Shown here one piece after another: positions 9,869 to 21,063 of a stretch of DNA of 64,000 nucleotides. Positions within the stretch are counted from its first letter, which is position 1. Every line of letters begins with the position of its first letter. The notes below the pieces were generated by a model that ran no database searches, was not told the DNA's origin, and saw only the letters and a list, made by a program, of their open reading frames with translations. Source of the DNA: an uncultured Gemmatimonadaceae bacterium. Lineage in GTDB: Bacteria; Gemmatimonadota; Gemmatimonadetes; Gemmatimonadales; Gemmatimonadaceae. The stretch covers positions 544,001 through 608,000 of the forward strand of contig CAVVTZ010000007.1 of NCBI GenBank assembly GCA_963751275.1. The letters are read 5' to 3'. The position numbers were made by a program, and so were the translations under genes.

Positions 9869-11724
9869 CTCCCGCGGCGCCTGTGGCCGGATCCTTCGAG
9901 CAGCAGATCGACATCGAGACGCCGGAACAGGTGGTCTTCTCGTACACCGTGGCCGGCGTCGGCTCGCGCGCCGCCGCGGCGATCCTCGACTATCTGCTCA
10001 TGTTCGCCGGCTTCGCGATGCTCGCGATCCTCTGGTCGGTCATCGAGCCGCTGCTGCACATTGGCAATGACGCTGTCTCGAAGATGGTCGGCGCCTGGGC
10101 GACCGCCATCCTGATCCTTCTGCTCTTCGCCGTGCAGGTCGGCTACTTCATCGTGTTCGAGGCGATCTGGGATGGGCAGACGCCGGGCAAGCGCCGGCTC
10201 GGCATCCGCGTGGTGCAGGACGGCGGATTCTCGGTGAGCATGGGCGCGTCGGCGGTGCGGAACGTCGCGCGCATCCTCGACATGCAGCCCGGTCTCGTGT
10301 ACGCCGTGGGGATCGCGAGTGCCGCGCTCTCGAAGTCCGGCAAGCGGCTCGGCGACTATCTCGCGGGCACGATCGTGGTGCAGGAGAAGCTCGTCCACAT
10401 CGCGCCCGTGACCACGAACCTCACGGCGGCCGGCCAGGCGGCGCCGCTCGTGACGGCGGCGCTCACCGACCAGGAATACGAAGTGCTGGAGCGCTACCTC
10501 GCGCGGCGCGGCGCGCTGGCGCCCGAGCGGCGGCGGGCGATCGCCGAGCAGCTCATGACGCGCTTCAAGGCGCACCTCGATCCCGCCGACGGCTCGCCCT
10601 TCGCCCAGCTGAATCACCTCTTCGAGAACGAGCGCGCGGCGCGGGCGCGCGGCGTGGCGGCGCGCGGGGCCACGGGCGCCGCGCGCGAGCGCCACGCGAT
10701 CGTCGCGCGCAACGCCGAGCGGTGGAGCGCCTTCGCGTCCAAGCTCGCCGAGGCGCAGCGCGCGGGACTGCGCTCCATGAGCGAGAACGACGTGAGTGCC
10801 TTCGTCGCGTCGTACCGCGAGGTCGCCACTGATCTGGCGCGCCTGCGCACGGCGTCGGCGGGGCAGGACACCGACGCGCTCTTCTACGTGAGCCGGCTCG
10901 TGGGCGCCGGCCACAATCTCATCTATCGGCAGCGGCGCCTCTCCACGCAGAATGCCGCGCGCTATCTCTTCGTGACCGTGCCGCGCGAGGTGCGCCGGTC
11001 ATGGCGCCCCATCTTCCTCGCGGCCTTCCTGTTCTTCGCGCCGATGGCTGCCACCGCGTTCATCGTCATCGATCATCCGGCGGTCGCGGAGGACCTGCTG
11101 CCGCCGGGGATGCTCGACCGCGCGGCCGAGGGCGAGGCGCGCGAACGCGCGGGGCATCACGAATACGTGAAGGTGAAGGACTTCGAGCGGCCGATCATGG
11201 CGAGCGCGATCATCGCGAACAACGTCCAGGTGACGCTCATGGTGTGGGCGGCCGGGATCTCCGCCGGCATCCTCACGATCTTCATGCTGCTGACGAACGG
11301 CGTCAGCATCGGCGCGGTGATCGGCCTGTACGCCAATCACGGGATCCTGCGGCAGCTCGCGCTCTTCGTGATCCCGCACAGCGTGCTGGAGCTCTCGGCG
11401 ATCTGCATCGCGGCCGGCGGCGGCTTCCTCATCGCATCGGCGATCGTTCTGCCCGGCCCCTACACGCGGCGCGAGGCCTTCGTGATCAAAGGGCGGCGCG
11501 CGATCCGCCTGCTCGCCGCGACGACGATGATGCTCATGGTCGCCGGCACGCTCGAAGGGCTGCTCTCGCCGCGCGTGGATGTCCCCGACTGGACGAAGTT
11601 CGCGGCCGCCAGCGCGAGCGCCATCCTGATGCTCTACTATTTCAGCCGCGGCACGGGCGACGAGCAGGAAGCGCCGCGCGAGGAGAACGCCTACAGCGAG
11701 GCGCGCGCCTTGATCTCGAGGTAG
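9865..11724 (+). CDS. RDD-domain / SpoIIM-family (DUF95) fusion membrane protein
   Basis: IETPEQV..AGVGSRAAAAILD and GQTPGKR..KRLGDYLAGTIVV (RDD), followed by YREVATDLARLR, IIANN, PHSVLELSAI and AGTLEG (SpoIIM). ATGA overlap with the AAA gene. Confidence 0.88.
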   Translation: MTPAAPVAGSFEQQIDIETPEQVVFSYTVAGVGSRAAAAILDYLLMFAGFAMLAILWSVIEPLLHIGNDAVSKMVGAWATAILILLLFAVQVGYFIVFEAIWDGQTPGKRRLGIRVVQDGGFSVSMGASAVRNVARILDMQPGLVYAVGIASAALSKSGKRLGDYLAGTIVVQEKLVHIAPVTTNLTAAGQAAPLVTAALTDQEYEVLERYLARRGALAPERRRAIAEQLMTRFKAHLDPADGSPFAQLNHLFENERAARARGVAARGATGAARERHAIVARNAERWSAFASKLAEAQRAGLRSMSENDVSAFVASYREVATDLARLRTASAGQDTDALFYVSRLVGAGHNLIYRQRRLSTQNAARYLFVTVPREVRRSWRPIFLAAFLFFAPMAATAFIVIDHPAVAEDLLPPGMLDRAAEGEARERAGHHEYVKVKDFERPIMASAIIANNVQVTLMVWAAGISAGILTIFMLLTNGVSIGAVIGLYANHGILRQLALFVIPHSVLELSAICIAAGGGFLIASAIVLPGPYTRREAFVIKGRRAIRLLAATTMMLMVAGTLEGLLSPRVDVPDWTKFAAASASAILMLYYFSRGTGDEQEAPREENAYSEARALISR

Positions 11725-13055
11725 CGGTTGATCACCGCCGCGGCCATCAGCCGCGGCGACACGTCGATCACCGTGACGCCGGCGTGCCGCATCCGCGCGA
11801 GCGCCTCCTCGCGTGCCATTACCAGCTCCTCCGCGGCCGCGCTCTCGTAGAGCTCGTCGCTCGTGCTCTCGCGGCTCGGCACCGCCGCCGCCATCAGCGC
11901 GTCGTTCCGGAGCGCCACCACCACCAGCACGTGCCGCATCGCGCTGCGCGCCGTGAGCGCGATGAGCGACTGCGACGCGCGCGGGTCGATCACGTCGGTG
12001 TACAGCACGATCAGCGAACGCTTCCGGTGGCGCGCCGAGAGCATGCGGAACGCCGCGGCGTAGTCGGGCTCGGTCATCGTCGCGCGCACGGGAACGAAGG
12101 CATCGCGCAGGCGCTGCAGCGCCGGGTGCCCGCGCGCCGCGGGCACGAAGGCGCGCACCTCGTCGTCGAACACGATGCCGCCGACCTGGTCGCCGCTCTG
12201 CGTCGCGACGTCGGCCAGCAGCGTCGCCGACGACAGCGCGTGCTCGAACCGCGAGAGCGGCCCCGCGAGCTGCGTCATCATCCGTCCCGCGTCCACGGCC
12301 ACCAGCACGGTCTGTCCTTGCTCCACCGTGTACTCGCGCGTGATCAGCTTCTCGCGCCGCGCGGTGGCCTTCCAGTCGATGCGGCGCGGATCGTCGCCCA
12401 CCACGTATTCGCGCAGGCTCGCGAAGTTGGTGCCGTCGCCGCGCCGGCGGATCGCGCGCACGCCGGCGTCCTGCAGCCGGTGCTGCAGCGCCAGCAGCCG
12501 GTAGCGCCGCACACCGGTCATCGACGGCGTCACGCGCGCCGTGTCCGCGGGCGCGTAGCGGATCGTGCGCCGCACGAGGCCCAGCGCGCCCTCCACCCGC
12601 GCGACCACCGGACCCAACTCCCAACTCCCGCGCTCCCGCCCCGCCAGCGTGAACGGGATCACCCGCACGCCGTGCGCCGCCACGGCGTCCTTGCCCGCGC
12701 CCTTGCCCAGCCGCTGGATCCCGCGCGGCAACTGGTCGTAGAGCGCGAACTTCAATCTGCGTCCCGCGCGCGATTGGAGTTCGTACTCCCCCTCCGCCTC
12801 ATCGCCGATCCCGATGCTCTCCGGCACGTGGCGCTCCACGCTGAGCTGCCACTTGGCGGGCAGCGTCACCAGATCGATCGCGATCGCCGCCGCGAACAGC
12901 GCGAGCACGAGGCCGATCCACGTCTCCCCCGCGGGATCGAGCCCCAGCAGCCAGACGGGCGAGAGCAGCGCCGCGACGAGCGCGAGCCGCGGCGTCGGCA
13001 GGAACGCCGACACCCAGTCGAACGCGCCGCGGATCCGCTCGCGCACGGTGCTCAC
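11691..13055 (-). CDS. DUF58 (vWA-like) domain protein of MoxR operon
   Basis: [35 protein letters not shown] start overlapping the moxR stop. Confidence 0.9.
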   Translation of the reverse strand: MSTVRERIRGAFDWVSAFLPTPRLALVAALLSPVWLLGLDPAGETWIGLVLALFAAAIAIDLVTLPAKWQLSVERHVPESIGIGDEAEGEYELQSRAGRRLKFALYDQLPRGIQRLGKGAGKDAVAAHGVRVIPFTLAGRERGSWELGPVVARVEGALGLVRRTIRYAPADTARVTPSMTGVRRYRLLALQHRLQDAGVRAIRRRGDGTNFASLREYVVGDDPRRIDWKATARREKLITREYTVEQGQTVLVAVDAGRMMTQLAGPLSRFEHALSSATLLADVATQSGDQVGGIVFDDEVRAFVPAARGHPALQRLRDAFVPVRATMTEPDYAAAFRMLSARHRKRSLIVLYTDVIDPRASQSLIALTARSAMRHVLVVVALRNDALMAAAVPSRESTSDELYESAAAEELVMAREEALARMRHAGVTVIDVSPRLMAAAVINRYLEIKARASL

Positions 13056-14011
13056 TTCGGCGCCACCACCCGCAGCAGCAGCGCCTGCAGCACCTCGTCG
13101 CTCGACCGCCCTTCCACCTCCACCTCCGGCGCGACCGTGATCCGGTGCCGGAGCACCGGGAAGGCGAAGCCCTTCACGTCGTCCGGCGTCACGAACTCGC
13201 GCCCCGCGAGCAGCGCCGCACCGCGTGCCACCCGGAACAGCGACACGCTCGCGCGCGGGCTGCCCCCCAGCGTCAGCGCCGGATCCTCGCGTGTCGCGCG
13301 CACGATGTTCGCGATGTACTCGCGCACTTCGGGCGCCACCTTCACGGCGTCCACCGCGCTGCGCAGCTCGCGGCACGTCTGCTCGTTCAGCACCGGCGGC
13401 GGGATCACATCGGCCGCGCGCTCCGCGTCGAATCCGCCCTCGTAATTCGCGAGCATCTGCAGCTCCGCCTCGCGCGCGGGATACGGAACGCGGATCTTGA
13501 GCAGGAAGCGGTCGAGCTGCGCTTCGGGCAGCGGGTACGTGCCCTCGTACTCCACGGGATTCTGCGTCGCGAACACGGTGAAGAGGTCGCCGAGCGGCCG
13601 CGCGACGCCGTCGACGGTCACTTGCCGCTCCTGCATCGCCTCGAGCAGCGCCGACTGCGTCTTCGCCGGCGCGCGGTTGATCTCGTCCGCGAGCAGCAGG
13701 TCGGTGAAGATCGGGCCGCCGCGGAACTCGGAGCTGCGCCCGCCGTCGCGCAGCAGATTGATGCCCGTGATGTCGGACGGCATCAGGTCCGGCGTGAACT
13801 GGATGCGCCCGAACTTGGTGTTCAGCGCGCCCGCCAGCGCGCGCACGAGCAGCGTCTTCGCCGTGCCCGGCACGCCTTCGAGCAGCACGTGCCCGCGCGC
13901 GAGGAAGGCGACGAGCGCCTGGTCGATCACCTCGTCCTGTCCCACCACGCGCTGCGACACCGCCGCGCGCACTCTCGCCATGGCCTCGGCCACCTGCTGT
14001 GTTGTCATCAC
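13052..14011 (-). CDS. moxR: MoxR-family AAA+ ATPase
   Basis: [71 protein letters not shown]. Confidence 0.95.
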   Translation of the reverse strand: MMTTQQVAEAMARVRAAVSQRVVGQDEVIDQALVAFLARGHVLLEGVPGTAKTLLVRALAGALNTKFGRIQFTPDLMPSDITGINLLRDGGRSSEFRGGPIFTDLLLADEINRAPAKTQSALLEAMQERQVTVDGVARPLGDLFTVFATQNPVEYEGTYPLPEAQLDRFLLKIRVPYPAREAELQMLANYEGGFDAERAADVIPPPVLNEQTCRELRSAVDAVKVAPEVREYIANIVRATREDPALTLGGSPRASVSLFRVARGAALLAGREFVTPDDVKGFAFPVLRHRITVAPEVEVEGRSSDEVLQALLLRVVAPK

Positions 14012-15267
14012 GACGTCAGCGTCCTCTCGATGTTGTCGATCGCGGCGCCGGCGCGCACGAACTCGCCGGCGGGGAGTGGTTCTCGGATCGCGCGCGCCAG
14101 GAGCGCCGCGTCCTCCTTCACAGCGGGGGCGCGCTCACGGATGAGCGCGAGATAACCATCGTCGGTGAGCGCACCGGTGGCGCCGAGCGGATGCCGGCGC
14201 CGGAGACCGCGCACCAGCCGGCGCGCGGCCAGCCGCGTGGCGCCGATGCGTTCGTACGCGCGCGAGAGCGCGCCCACGTGCTCCAGCGGCGAGCGGCGCT
14301 CCACGATCGTGCGCGACACCGGCGCGATCGGCCGCACCGAGAGCGCGAGCAGCAGGATGAGCGCCGCCGTCGCGGCCTGCAGCACACCGCGGCCGTATGG
14401 ACTGTCGTTCAGCGCGTCGCCGATCGTGCCGATCATGTCGCTGTGCCGGCCGTGACCGTGGTGGTATTCGTCGAAGATCACCGGCGTCACGCGGCCGCGG
14501 TCGGCCCATTCGATGAGCCGCACCATCAGCACGGCGGCATCGCCCCGCCGCAGCACCACGTTCCGGAGGAAATCCGGATCGGCGATGATCACCATGCGCC
14601 CCTCGCCCAGCGTACGCCCGAGGATCACCGGCTTGTCCACGCTGTCGGTGTGGACGGCGAGCAGCGTCACGGTGTCGGATGGGATCGTGCTGCGAACGCT
14701 GTCCGAGTCTTCGCGCATGGGCGGCACGAGGAACTGGTGGAAGGCGATCGCCGAGTCATCCGACGATCCGCTGAAGACGTTCGCCAGGCGCCGCCGTCCC
14801 GACCCCGAATGCTGGCGCCGCCGTTCGGCGCTCCCGAAGAGCGTATCGGTCACGGGCTCGAGCGGGTGCAGCTCGTAGTCGCCGCGCTCCACGCCGAGCG
14901 ATTCCGCGATGAACCCGCCCTCCGGCGCGGAGATGACGAGCCCGGCGCCGCGCCGCACCGCGTCGAGCAGCGCGCTGGTCTCGCGCGCGGAGAGCGGGAT
15001 CGGCGGATCGAGCACGGCGTACACGCCGGCGGTGTCGAGCGGCTGCCGCATGGGACTCAGCCGCCGCTTCGCGGTCCGGCCCATCAGGTTCAGCGCGTCG
15101 TAGATGCCGCGCGCGCCCCACACTTCGCGGTCGTAACTCGAGAGCACGCTCTTCTCGTCGTTCGATGGCACGTCGGGCGACGTGACCACCGCGAGCACGA
15201 GCAGCACGCCGAGCGCGGCGAACACCCAGGCCGGACGCAGCCGGCGTTCCGTCGCGGGCTCAGCCAT
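14008..15267 (-). CDS. DUF4350-family membrane-anchored protein
   Basis: N-terminal [11 protein letters not shown], second [15 protein letters not shown]. Typical position upstream of moxR. Confidence 0.8.
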   Translation of the reverse strand: MAEPATERRLRPAWVFAALGVLLVLAVVTSPDVPSNDEKSVLSSYDREVWGARGIYDALNLMGRTAKRRLSPMRQPLDTAGVYAVLDPPIPLSARETSALLDAVRRGAGLVISAPEGGFIAESLGVERGDYELHPLEPVTDTLFGSAERRRQHSGSGRRRLANVFSGSSDDSAIAFHQFLVPPMREDSDSVRSTIPSDTVTLLAVHTDSVDKPVILGRTLGEGRMVIIADPDFLRNVVLRRGDAAVLMVRLIEWADRGRVTPVIFDEYHHGHGRHSDMIGTIGDALNDSPYGRGVLQAATAALILLLALSVRPIAPVSRTIVERRSPLEHVGALSRAYERIGATRLAARRLVRGLRRRHPLGATGALTDDGYLALIRERAPAVKEDAALLARAIREPLPAGEFVRAGAAIDNIERTLTS

Positions 15268-15884
15268 TGGTGCGGAGCATGGGCACGGCGAGCGTGAAGA
15301 GCCGGTCGTACCGGTCGCGGTCGCACATTCTGATCGCCGTAGATCACGACTTCGTAGTGGTCGGCGAAATCGCGGAAGTCGCGGAAGAGTTGCGAGCGCC
15401 GCGCGCGCATCTCGCGCGCGTAGTCGCCGGCGGTCTTGGAGGGATGCAGCCGCACCTGCTGCCCGCGCGCGGCCGACTCGAGCAGCGCGGCATAGAGCGC
15501 GTGCGCCGCGGCCGTGTAGTCGCCCGTCGCGGCGAGCGACTGCGCGAGCGTCCATGGATCCTCGCCGCGCCGGAGGCCGCGAAGCCCCCAGCCGCCGGCG
15601 GGCAGGCCGACGCGCGTCCGCGCCTGCCAGAGCCAGATCACCCGCCCGAGGATCACCAGCAGCGCCGCGATGCCGAGCACGACGATGAGCTTGCCGACCG
15701 GTCCACCCATGCCGGCGTGGTTGAAGGCGTCAGCGAGCATGCGAAGGAAATGCGTGAGCTGCTCGTTGACCCAGATCCAGAACCGGTCCCACGGCGTCAG
15801 CCGCCCGAACGAGGTGGAGCGGAACGCCTGGTCCACGGCGCGCCGGATCTGCTCTTCGGGAATGGGTGTGGCGGACTGGAGCAT
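15260..15884 (-). CDS. DUF4129-family protein (apparent frameshift near 15328)
   Basis: TM segment, GDYTAAAHALY, SKTAGDY, FADHYEVVIYG. The shifted frame gives [21 protein letters not shown] with a stop overlapping the next start. Confidence 0.75.
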
Positions 15885-15933
15885 GCGGGCCGGTGACGGG
15901 TGCCGCTTAAGATAGGGAGAGGTGCGGGTGCCG

Positions 15934-16620
15934 CTAGGAGCGGAGCTTCTTCCTCGCGCCGGTGGCGCAGGCGGCGCGCACGGGGCAACGGCCGCAGTGC
16001 GCGACGCGCGCCGTGCACACGAGCGCGCCCAGTTCCATGATCGCCTGGTTGTGATCGTACGACGCCTTGCCGGTGCGCGGCAGGAGTTCCTCGGCGAGGC
16101 GCCAGAGTTTCTTCCGTCCGGCCGCGCTGCGCGGGTCGAGGCGCGGCGCGAACGCGCGGCGGATCACGCGCGCGACGTTGGTGTCCACGAGCGCCGCGCG
16201 CCGCTCGTGCGCGAAGCTCGCGACCGCGCCCGCCGTGTACGCGCCGATCCCCGGGAGGGCGCGCAGCGCCTCGGGATGCTCCGGCAGCGCGCCACCGTCG
16301 CGTGTCACCTGGCGCGCGAGCGCGTGGAGATTGCGCGCCCGCGCATAGTAGCCGAGCCCCGCCCACGCCTCCATGACCCGCGCGCGCGGCGCGCTCGCGA
16401 TCGCCGCGAGCGTCGGGAATCGCAGCAGGAAGCGCGGATAGTACTCGGTGACTCGCGCTACCTGGGTCTGCTGGAGCATCAGTTCCGAGACGAGGATGGA
16501 GTACGGATCCCGCGTGTGGCGCCAAGGGAGGTCGCGTTTATTCGTGCGGTACCAGCGTCTCAGCCGGCGGCTGAAGTCGAGCCGCCGGGGACCGGGAATG
16601 AGCGCGCGCGCTTCGAGCAT
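15934..16620 (-). CDS. mutY: A/G-specific adenine glycosylase, short form without the C-terminal NUDIX-like domain
   Basis: RDLPWR, VSELMLQQTQV, WAGLGYYARARNL, LPGIGAYTA, VDTNVARV, MELGALVC-x6-C-x2-C-x5-C Fe-S motif. Confidence 0.92.
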   Translation of the reverse strand: MLEARALIPGPRRLDFSRRLRRWYRTNKRDLPWRHTRDPYSILVSELMLQQTQVARVTEYYPRFLLRFPTLAAIASAPRARVMEAWAGLGYYARARNLHALARQVTRDGGALPEHPEALRALPGIGAYTAGAVASFAHERRAALVDTNVARVIRRAFAPRLDPRSAAGRKKLWRLAEELLPRTGKASYDHNQAIMELGALVCTARVAHCGRCPVRAACATGARKKLRS

Positions 16621-16811
16621 GGACGGAACGTACGCAGGAACGGTGAGACTGGAACCACCGGGGGCGTGTATGACCGCTGTCGGCGCCCGGCGTCGGCCGG
16701 TGCCCGCGTTATGAGAGGGGCGCGCCGCGCGTCTGGGGACGGGGACGATGCGCGCGCAACTTCCCCGGCGACCTCCGAGCTCGCGCGCTACGATCCCGGG
16801 AGCACTACCGC

Positions 16812-18380
16812 ATGACGCCGTCCTCCACCCGCCGTGCCGCGCCCTGGCTCGCGCTCGCCATGCTCGCCGCGGTGGCGCTGTGCTGCTACGCGCCCTATCG
16901 CGCGCGCCCGTTCGACATCATCGACTTCTCCGACATCCTCCCGCGGCTCGTCGCGGGTCACGGCGCCGCCGACCGGTTCGCGCGGCTCGCGCAGTACTAC
17001 GGCGATCAACAGGGGCGGTTCAATGTCCTGAGCTATGCCGGCATGGTGTTGAAGTGGCAGCTGTTCGGCGCGAACACCTTCGCGTGGCAAATGGTGCGCG
17101 CCGTCGAGATGCTGCTCGCCATGGCGGGCACCTACCTGCTCTGCCGGCGTCTCGCGGCCGGTGCATGGGGCGCCACGCTCGGCGCCGCGCTCGTGCTCTT
17201 CGCATTCCCGGCGACCCACGGCTGGGTGCGGCTCACGGTGCCCGAACCGCTCGGACTGATCTGCGTGCTCGGCGCCGCGCTGCTCGCCACTCGCGTGCGC
17301 GGTGCGCGCCGGTGGCGCGCGATGGCGGTGGGGAGCGCAGTGCTGGTGGCGCTCGCGATCCTCGCCAAGGAGATGTTCGTGGCGTGGGTGCCGGTGGTTG
17401 CCTACCTGGGCTGCTTCACGGATCCGGGAGGGCGCCTCGAGCGCGTCCAATGGCCCGACGCGCGCGGACGCTGGCTGACGGTCGCGCTGGCGGCGTGCAC
17501 CGCAGTGGCGTCGGTGCCCGTGCTCCTCACCATGCGCAACATGCGCGCGCAAGGCTACGCGGCGGGCTTCGGGAGCGGTGCGCTGTCGCTCGACCGCGCT
17601 GCCGATATTCTGCAGCGAATGATCCTGCCGTGGCCCGCGGGGATCGGAAATGAAGGGTTGTCGATGATGATCCCGGCATTGCTCTTCCTGATCACGATCG
17701 CGATCGGTTACCTCGCCGCGGGCGACGACGCCGATTGGGCGCCGCACGCACGCCGCGTGATGCTGCTGGGGCTCGCGCTGCCGCTCATCGGCACGCTGCT
17801 CTACCTGCCGTGGCCGGTATTCTGGCCCGCTTACGGGATCGCTTTCGCCGCGGGACCGGCGCTGATGCTGGCCATCGCGATCACCAGCGTCGAGCGCTTC
17901 TCGGCACGGGCAGGATGGGCGGCGCGCATCGCGGCCGCAGTCTGTGTGGCGTTGGCGGCTGCGTCGTCCGTGCATCTCGCCGCGCGGATGGCCGCGCGCC
18001 AGGCGGTCGATGCGGGGATGGCGATGGCGCTCCTCTCGCATACGGCCGCGGACTCGGTCGTCGTCGCGCTGGTGGTGCCGCCGCGGACGCTGCCGGGCGC
18101 GATCGGCCCGGCGATGCGGGACTATGCCTTGAACGCCCAGCCAAGCGCGGTGCTGCCGCCCGCGATCGATGCGCAATGCGCCGACGCGCTCGCGCGCGGC
18201 CGGCGGCCGGGCGGACTCGGCCGCACCGTGATCATCTCGTACAGCGACCAGTGCGGGCCGGTCACGAGCGCGACGCTCACCTTGCGGCAGACTTTCCGCT
18301 ACTTCGACCTGAGCGACCTGCGCCTCGCTCCGGACTCGATCCGCGCGGACCTGTTCGATCCCAGCATGCGTGCGCCGTGA
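16812..18380 (+). CDS. Polytopic membrane protein, probable GT-C-fold glycosyltransferase
   Basis: About 11 hydrophobic segments, acidic residues after TM1 (DIIDFSD), GRF, LAKE motif, periplasmic C-terminal domain. Adjacent to a GT2 gene. Confidence 0.6.
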   Translation: MTPSSTRRAAPWLALAMLAAVALCCYAPYRARPFDIIDFSDILPRLVAGHGAADRFARLAQYYGDQQGRFNVLSYAGMVLKWQLFGANTFAWQMVRAVEMLLAMAGTYLLCRRLAAGAWGATLGAALVLFAFPATHGWVRLTVPEPLGLICVLGAALLATRVRGARRWRAMAVGSAVLVALAILAKEMFVAWVPVVAYLGCFTDPGGRLERVQWPDARGRWLTVALAACTAVASVPVLLTMRNMRAQGYAAGFGSGALSLDRAADILQRMILPWPAGIGNEGLSMMIPALLFLITIAIGYLAAGDDADWAPHARRVMLLGLALPLIGTLLYLPWPVFWPAYGIAFAAGPALMLAIAITSVERFSARAGWAARIAAAVCVALAAASSVHLAARMAARQAVDAGMAMALLSHTAADSVVVALVVPPRTLPGAIGPAMRDYALNAQPSAVLPPAIDAQCADALARGRRPGGLGRTVIISYSDQCGPVTSATLTLRQTFRYFDLSDLRLAPDSIRADLFDPSMRAP

Positions 18381-19216
18381 TCGCGGTGTGCCCCCTCTGC
18401 GGCCGCTCCGGAGCGCCGGAAATGCTCTATCCGCGGCTCGCGATCGTGCGCTGCCCCGAGTGCGGCCTGGTGCGGTTCGACGGCACCGTGGTTCCCGAGA
18501 CGCTCTACACCGGAGAGTACTTCCGGGGCGGGGAATACGCGGACTACGTGGCGGACAAGCCGATGCTCACGCGCAATTTCAGCGCGCGGATCGCCGAGCT
18601 CCGCGCGCTGGTGCCGCGCGGGGATCTGTTGGAGATCGGCTCGGCATATGGCTTCTTCTTGGAGTTGGCGCGGGAGCACTGGACCGTGAGCGGGGTGGAG
18701 ATCGCGCCGGAGGGAGCGGCGCACGCGCGCGGTCTTGGGCTCGACGTGACGCGCGGCGATCTCCTGGAATTGGCGGACCGGCCGGGCGCGTACGACGTGA
18801 TCTGCATGTGGGACACGATCGAGCATTTCGCGCGCCCGGTCGAAACCGTGGAGCGGATCGCGCGCTGGTTGCGTCCCGGCGGGATCGTCGCCATCACCAC
18901 GGGGAACATCACGAGCGGCGTCGCGCGTCTGCGCGGCGCCCGCTGGCGGCTGATCCACCCGCCGACGCACGTGACGTACTTCTCGCGCGCCACGCTCACG
19001 CGGACCGTGGAGCGTGCGGGGCTGCGCGTGCGAAAGCTGAGATCCGTAGGGCACTGGCGGAGCTGGCGTTCCATGATGCACGCCCTGCTCCTCGCCGGCG
19101 CGCGGCCGCACCCGGCACTCTATGACATTGCGACGATCGGTGGTAGTTTGGACCTCCCCATTTATCTCGACCTCGGCGACCTCATGTTGATGATCGCCCA
19201 GAAGCCCGAGGGCTGA
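18377..19216 (+). CDS. Class I SAM-dependent methyltransferase with N-terminal zinc ribbon
   Basis: CPLC..CPECG, LLEIGSAYGFF, YDVICMWDTIEH, LRPGG, PPTHVTYF. Confidence 0.92.
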   Translation: MIAVCPLCGRSGAPEMLYPRLAIVRCPECGLVRFDGTVVPETLYTGEYFRGGEYADYVADKPMLTRNFSARIAELRALVPRGDLLEIGSAYGFFLELAREHWTVSGVEIAPEGAAHARGLGLDVTRGDLLELADRPGAYDVICMWDTIEHFARPVETVERIARWLRPGGIVAITTGNITSGVARLRGARWRLIHPPTHVTYFSRATLTRTVERAGLRVRKLRSVGHWRSWRSMMHALLLAGARPHPALYDIATIGGSLDLPIYLDLGDLMLMIAQKPEG

Positions 19217-19220
19217 CGGC

Positions 19221-20216
19221 ATGACATCCGGCGCGCAGCGTACGCTCGGCATCGTGGTCCCGGTCTTCAACGAGGAGCGCGGGCTCGCGGCCTTCCACCA
19301 CCAGCTCGCGGCGGCGGTGGACTCGCTGCCGGTGGACGCGCGCATCTGTTACGTCAATGATGGTTCCACCAATGCCACCGACGCCGCGCTCGACACGATC
19401 GCGCGCGCCGACCCGCGCGTGATGGTGGTGACGCTCACCCGCAACTTCGGCCACCAGGCGGCACTCAGCGCCGGCCTCGCTATCGTTGCCGGCGATGCCG
19501 TGGTGACGCTTGACGGCGACGGACAGCATCCGCCCGAACTCATCGCCGAGATGCTGGCGCTGCACGACGCGGGCTACGACGTGGTGCTCGCGCAACGCAG
19601 CTCGGCGCGCGACGCGTCCGCGACCAAGCGGTTCACGTCGGGCGCCTTCTACTGGCTGCTCAGCCGCATCGGCGACACGCCGATACAGCCGGGAGTGGCG
19701 GACTACCGGCTCACGTCGCGCGCGGTGGTGGACGCGCTCGGGCAGATGCCCGAGTATCACCGCTACCTGCGCGGCATGGTGGCGTGGCTCGGCTACAAGA
19801 CGGTGATCATCCCCTATCCCGAACGCGGACGCGCCAGCGGCTCCTCCAAGTACTCGCTGCGGAAGATGCTGCGACTCGCATCCGACGCGATCTCGAGCTT
19901 CTCGCTGGTGCCCCTGCGTCTCGGGATCGCGCTGGGACTCAGCTTTCTCCTGTTCGCGGCGGCCGAGGTCGGCTACGTCGCGTGGATCTGGCTGCGCGGC
20001 GAGACGAGCAGGTTGGTGCCGGGATGGAGTTCGCTGATGTTCGCCATCCTCATGGCGGGCGGGTTGGTGATGATCCTTCTCGGCCTCGTCGGATCATACG
20101 TGGGCTACATCTTCCAGGAAGTGAAGCGGCGCCCGGTGTATGTCGTGCGGGCGCCGCGGGCGAGGGACGGGGCAGAGGGCGCTGGCCCGCCGCGGTCGAA
20201 GGGTGAGGACGAGTAG
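19221..20216 (+). CDS. GT2 glycosyltransferase, GtrB/ArnC-like (polyprenyl-phosphate sugar transferase)
   Basis: VVPVFNEE, VNDGS, RNFGHQAA, LDGDGQHPPE, two C-terminal TMs, EVKRRPVY. Confidence 0.93.
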   Translation: MTSGAQRTLGIVVPVFNEERGLAAFHHQLAAAVDSLPVDARICYVNDGSTNATDAALDTIARADPRVMVVTLTRNFGHQAALSAGLAIVAGDAVVTLDGDGQHPPELIAEMLALHDAGYDVVLAQRSSARDASATKRFTSGAFYWLLSRIGDTPIQPGVADYRLTSRAVVDALGQMPEYHRYLRGMVAWLGYKTVIIPYPERGRASGSSKYSLRKMLRLASDAISSFSLVPLRLGIALGLSFLLFAAAEVGYVAWIWLRGETSRLVPGWSSLMFAILMAGGLVMILLGLVGSYVGYIFQEVKRRPVYVVRAPRARDGAEGAGPPRSKGEDE

Positions 20217-20268
20217 TCGCGGCGCGGCTGCCCACTCTGCGCCGCCCGACATCAGTGCATATTGAAGC

Positions 20269-21054
20269 ATGCGCTCACGCCTCGTAGCTCTCTCGCTCCT
20301 GGTGGCACTCCGTCCGGGCACTGACGGCCCCGCCTACTCCCCCGGCACGTACAAGTATTCCCTCCTGACGGTCATCAAGCGCAGCCAGTCCGTCGCCAAC
20401 ACCGAACTCTCGAGCACCCTCACCGCCGACCAGCGCATGACGCTGTCCCTGACCGCGCGCGGCACTGACTCGCTCGCCCTCCAGCTCACGCTCACCGACT
20501 ACAGCGTGCGCTCCGACCTGCCGACACAGCTCCCCAATGTCTCGAAGATGAAAGGCACGGTCGTCATGGGCACGATGAGCACCCGCGGCCGCCTCGCGTC
20601 GTTCTCGCACTTCTCGCCCGTCACCGGCGGCGCCGACGTCCTCTCGCTCGCCCAGAAGATGTCGCGCTTCCTCCCCGCCCTGGCGCCGGACACCGGCGAC
20701 GCGACAGCGTTCACCGACACCACCACCGACAAGCAGAACAGCCCGTCGGGCGACCTCACCGAGCGCATCATCACCGCCACCACGCTCGACGGGGACACGA
20801 CCTTCGACGGTGCGCGCGCGGTCCGCGTGCGGCATGCGACCACGGACCTGCTCGACGGTACGATCGTGCAGAGCGGACAGACGCTCCCGATCAACTCGGA
20901 GGGCACCGGCGAGGGCACCTTCTACATTAGCGCACGCGGCGTCTACCTCGGCGCCCGCGTCACGAGCACCTCCACGTCGCGGATCAAACTCCCCGACGGG
21001 ACGATCGTGACGCTCACGCAGGATGCGACCTCCACGGTCACGCTCCTGAAGTAG
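20269..21054 (+). CDS. Secreted Ser/Thr-rich hypothetical protein
   Basis: Signal-like N-terminus, host-like codon usage, beta-rich composition. Confidence 0.7.
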   Translation: MRSRLVALSLLVALRPGTDGPAYSPGTYKYSLLTVIKRSQSVANTELSSTLTADQRMTLSLTARGTDSLALQLTLTDYSVRSDLPTQLPNVSKMKGTVVMGTMSTRGRLASFSHFSPVTGGADVLSLAQKMSRFLPALAPDTGDATAFTDTTTDKQNSPSGDLTERIITATTLDGDTTFDGARAVRVRHATTDLLDGTIVQSGQTLPINSEGTGEGTFYISARGVYLGARVTSTSTSRIKLPDGTIVTLTQDATSTVTLLK

Positions 21055-21063
21055 GGAGGCGCG

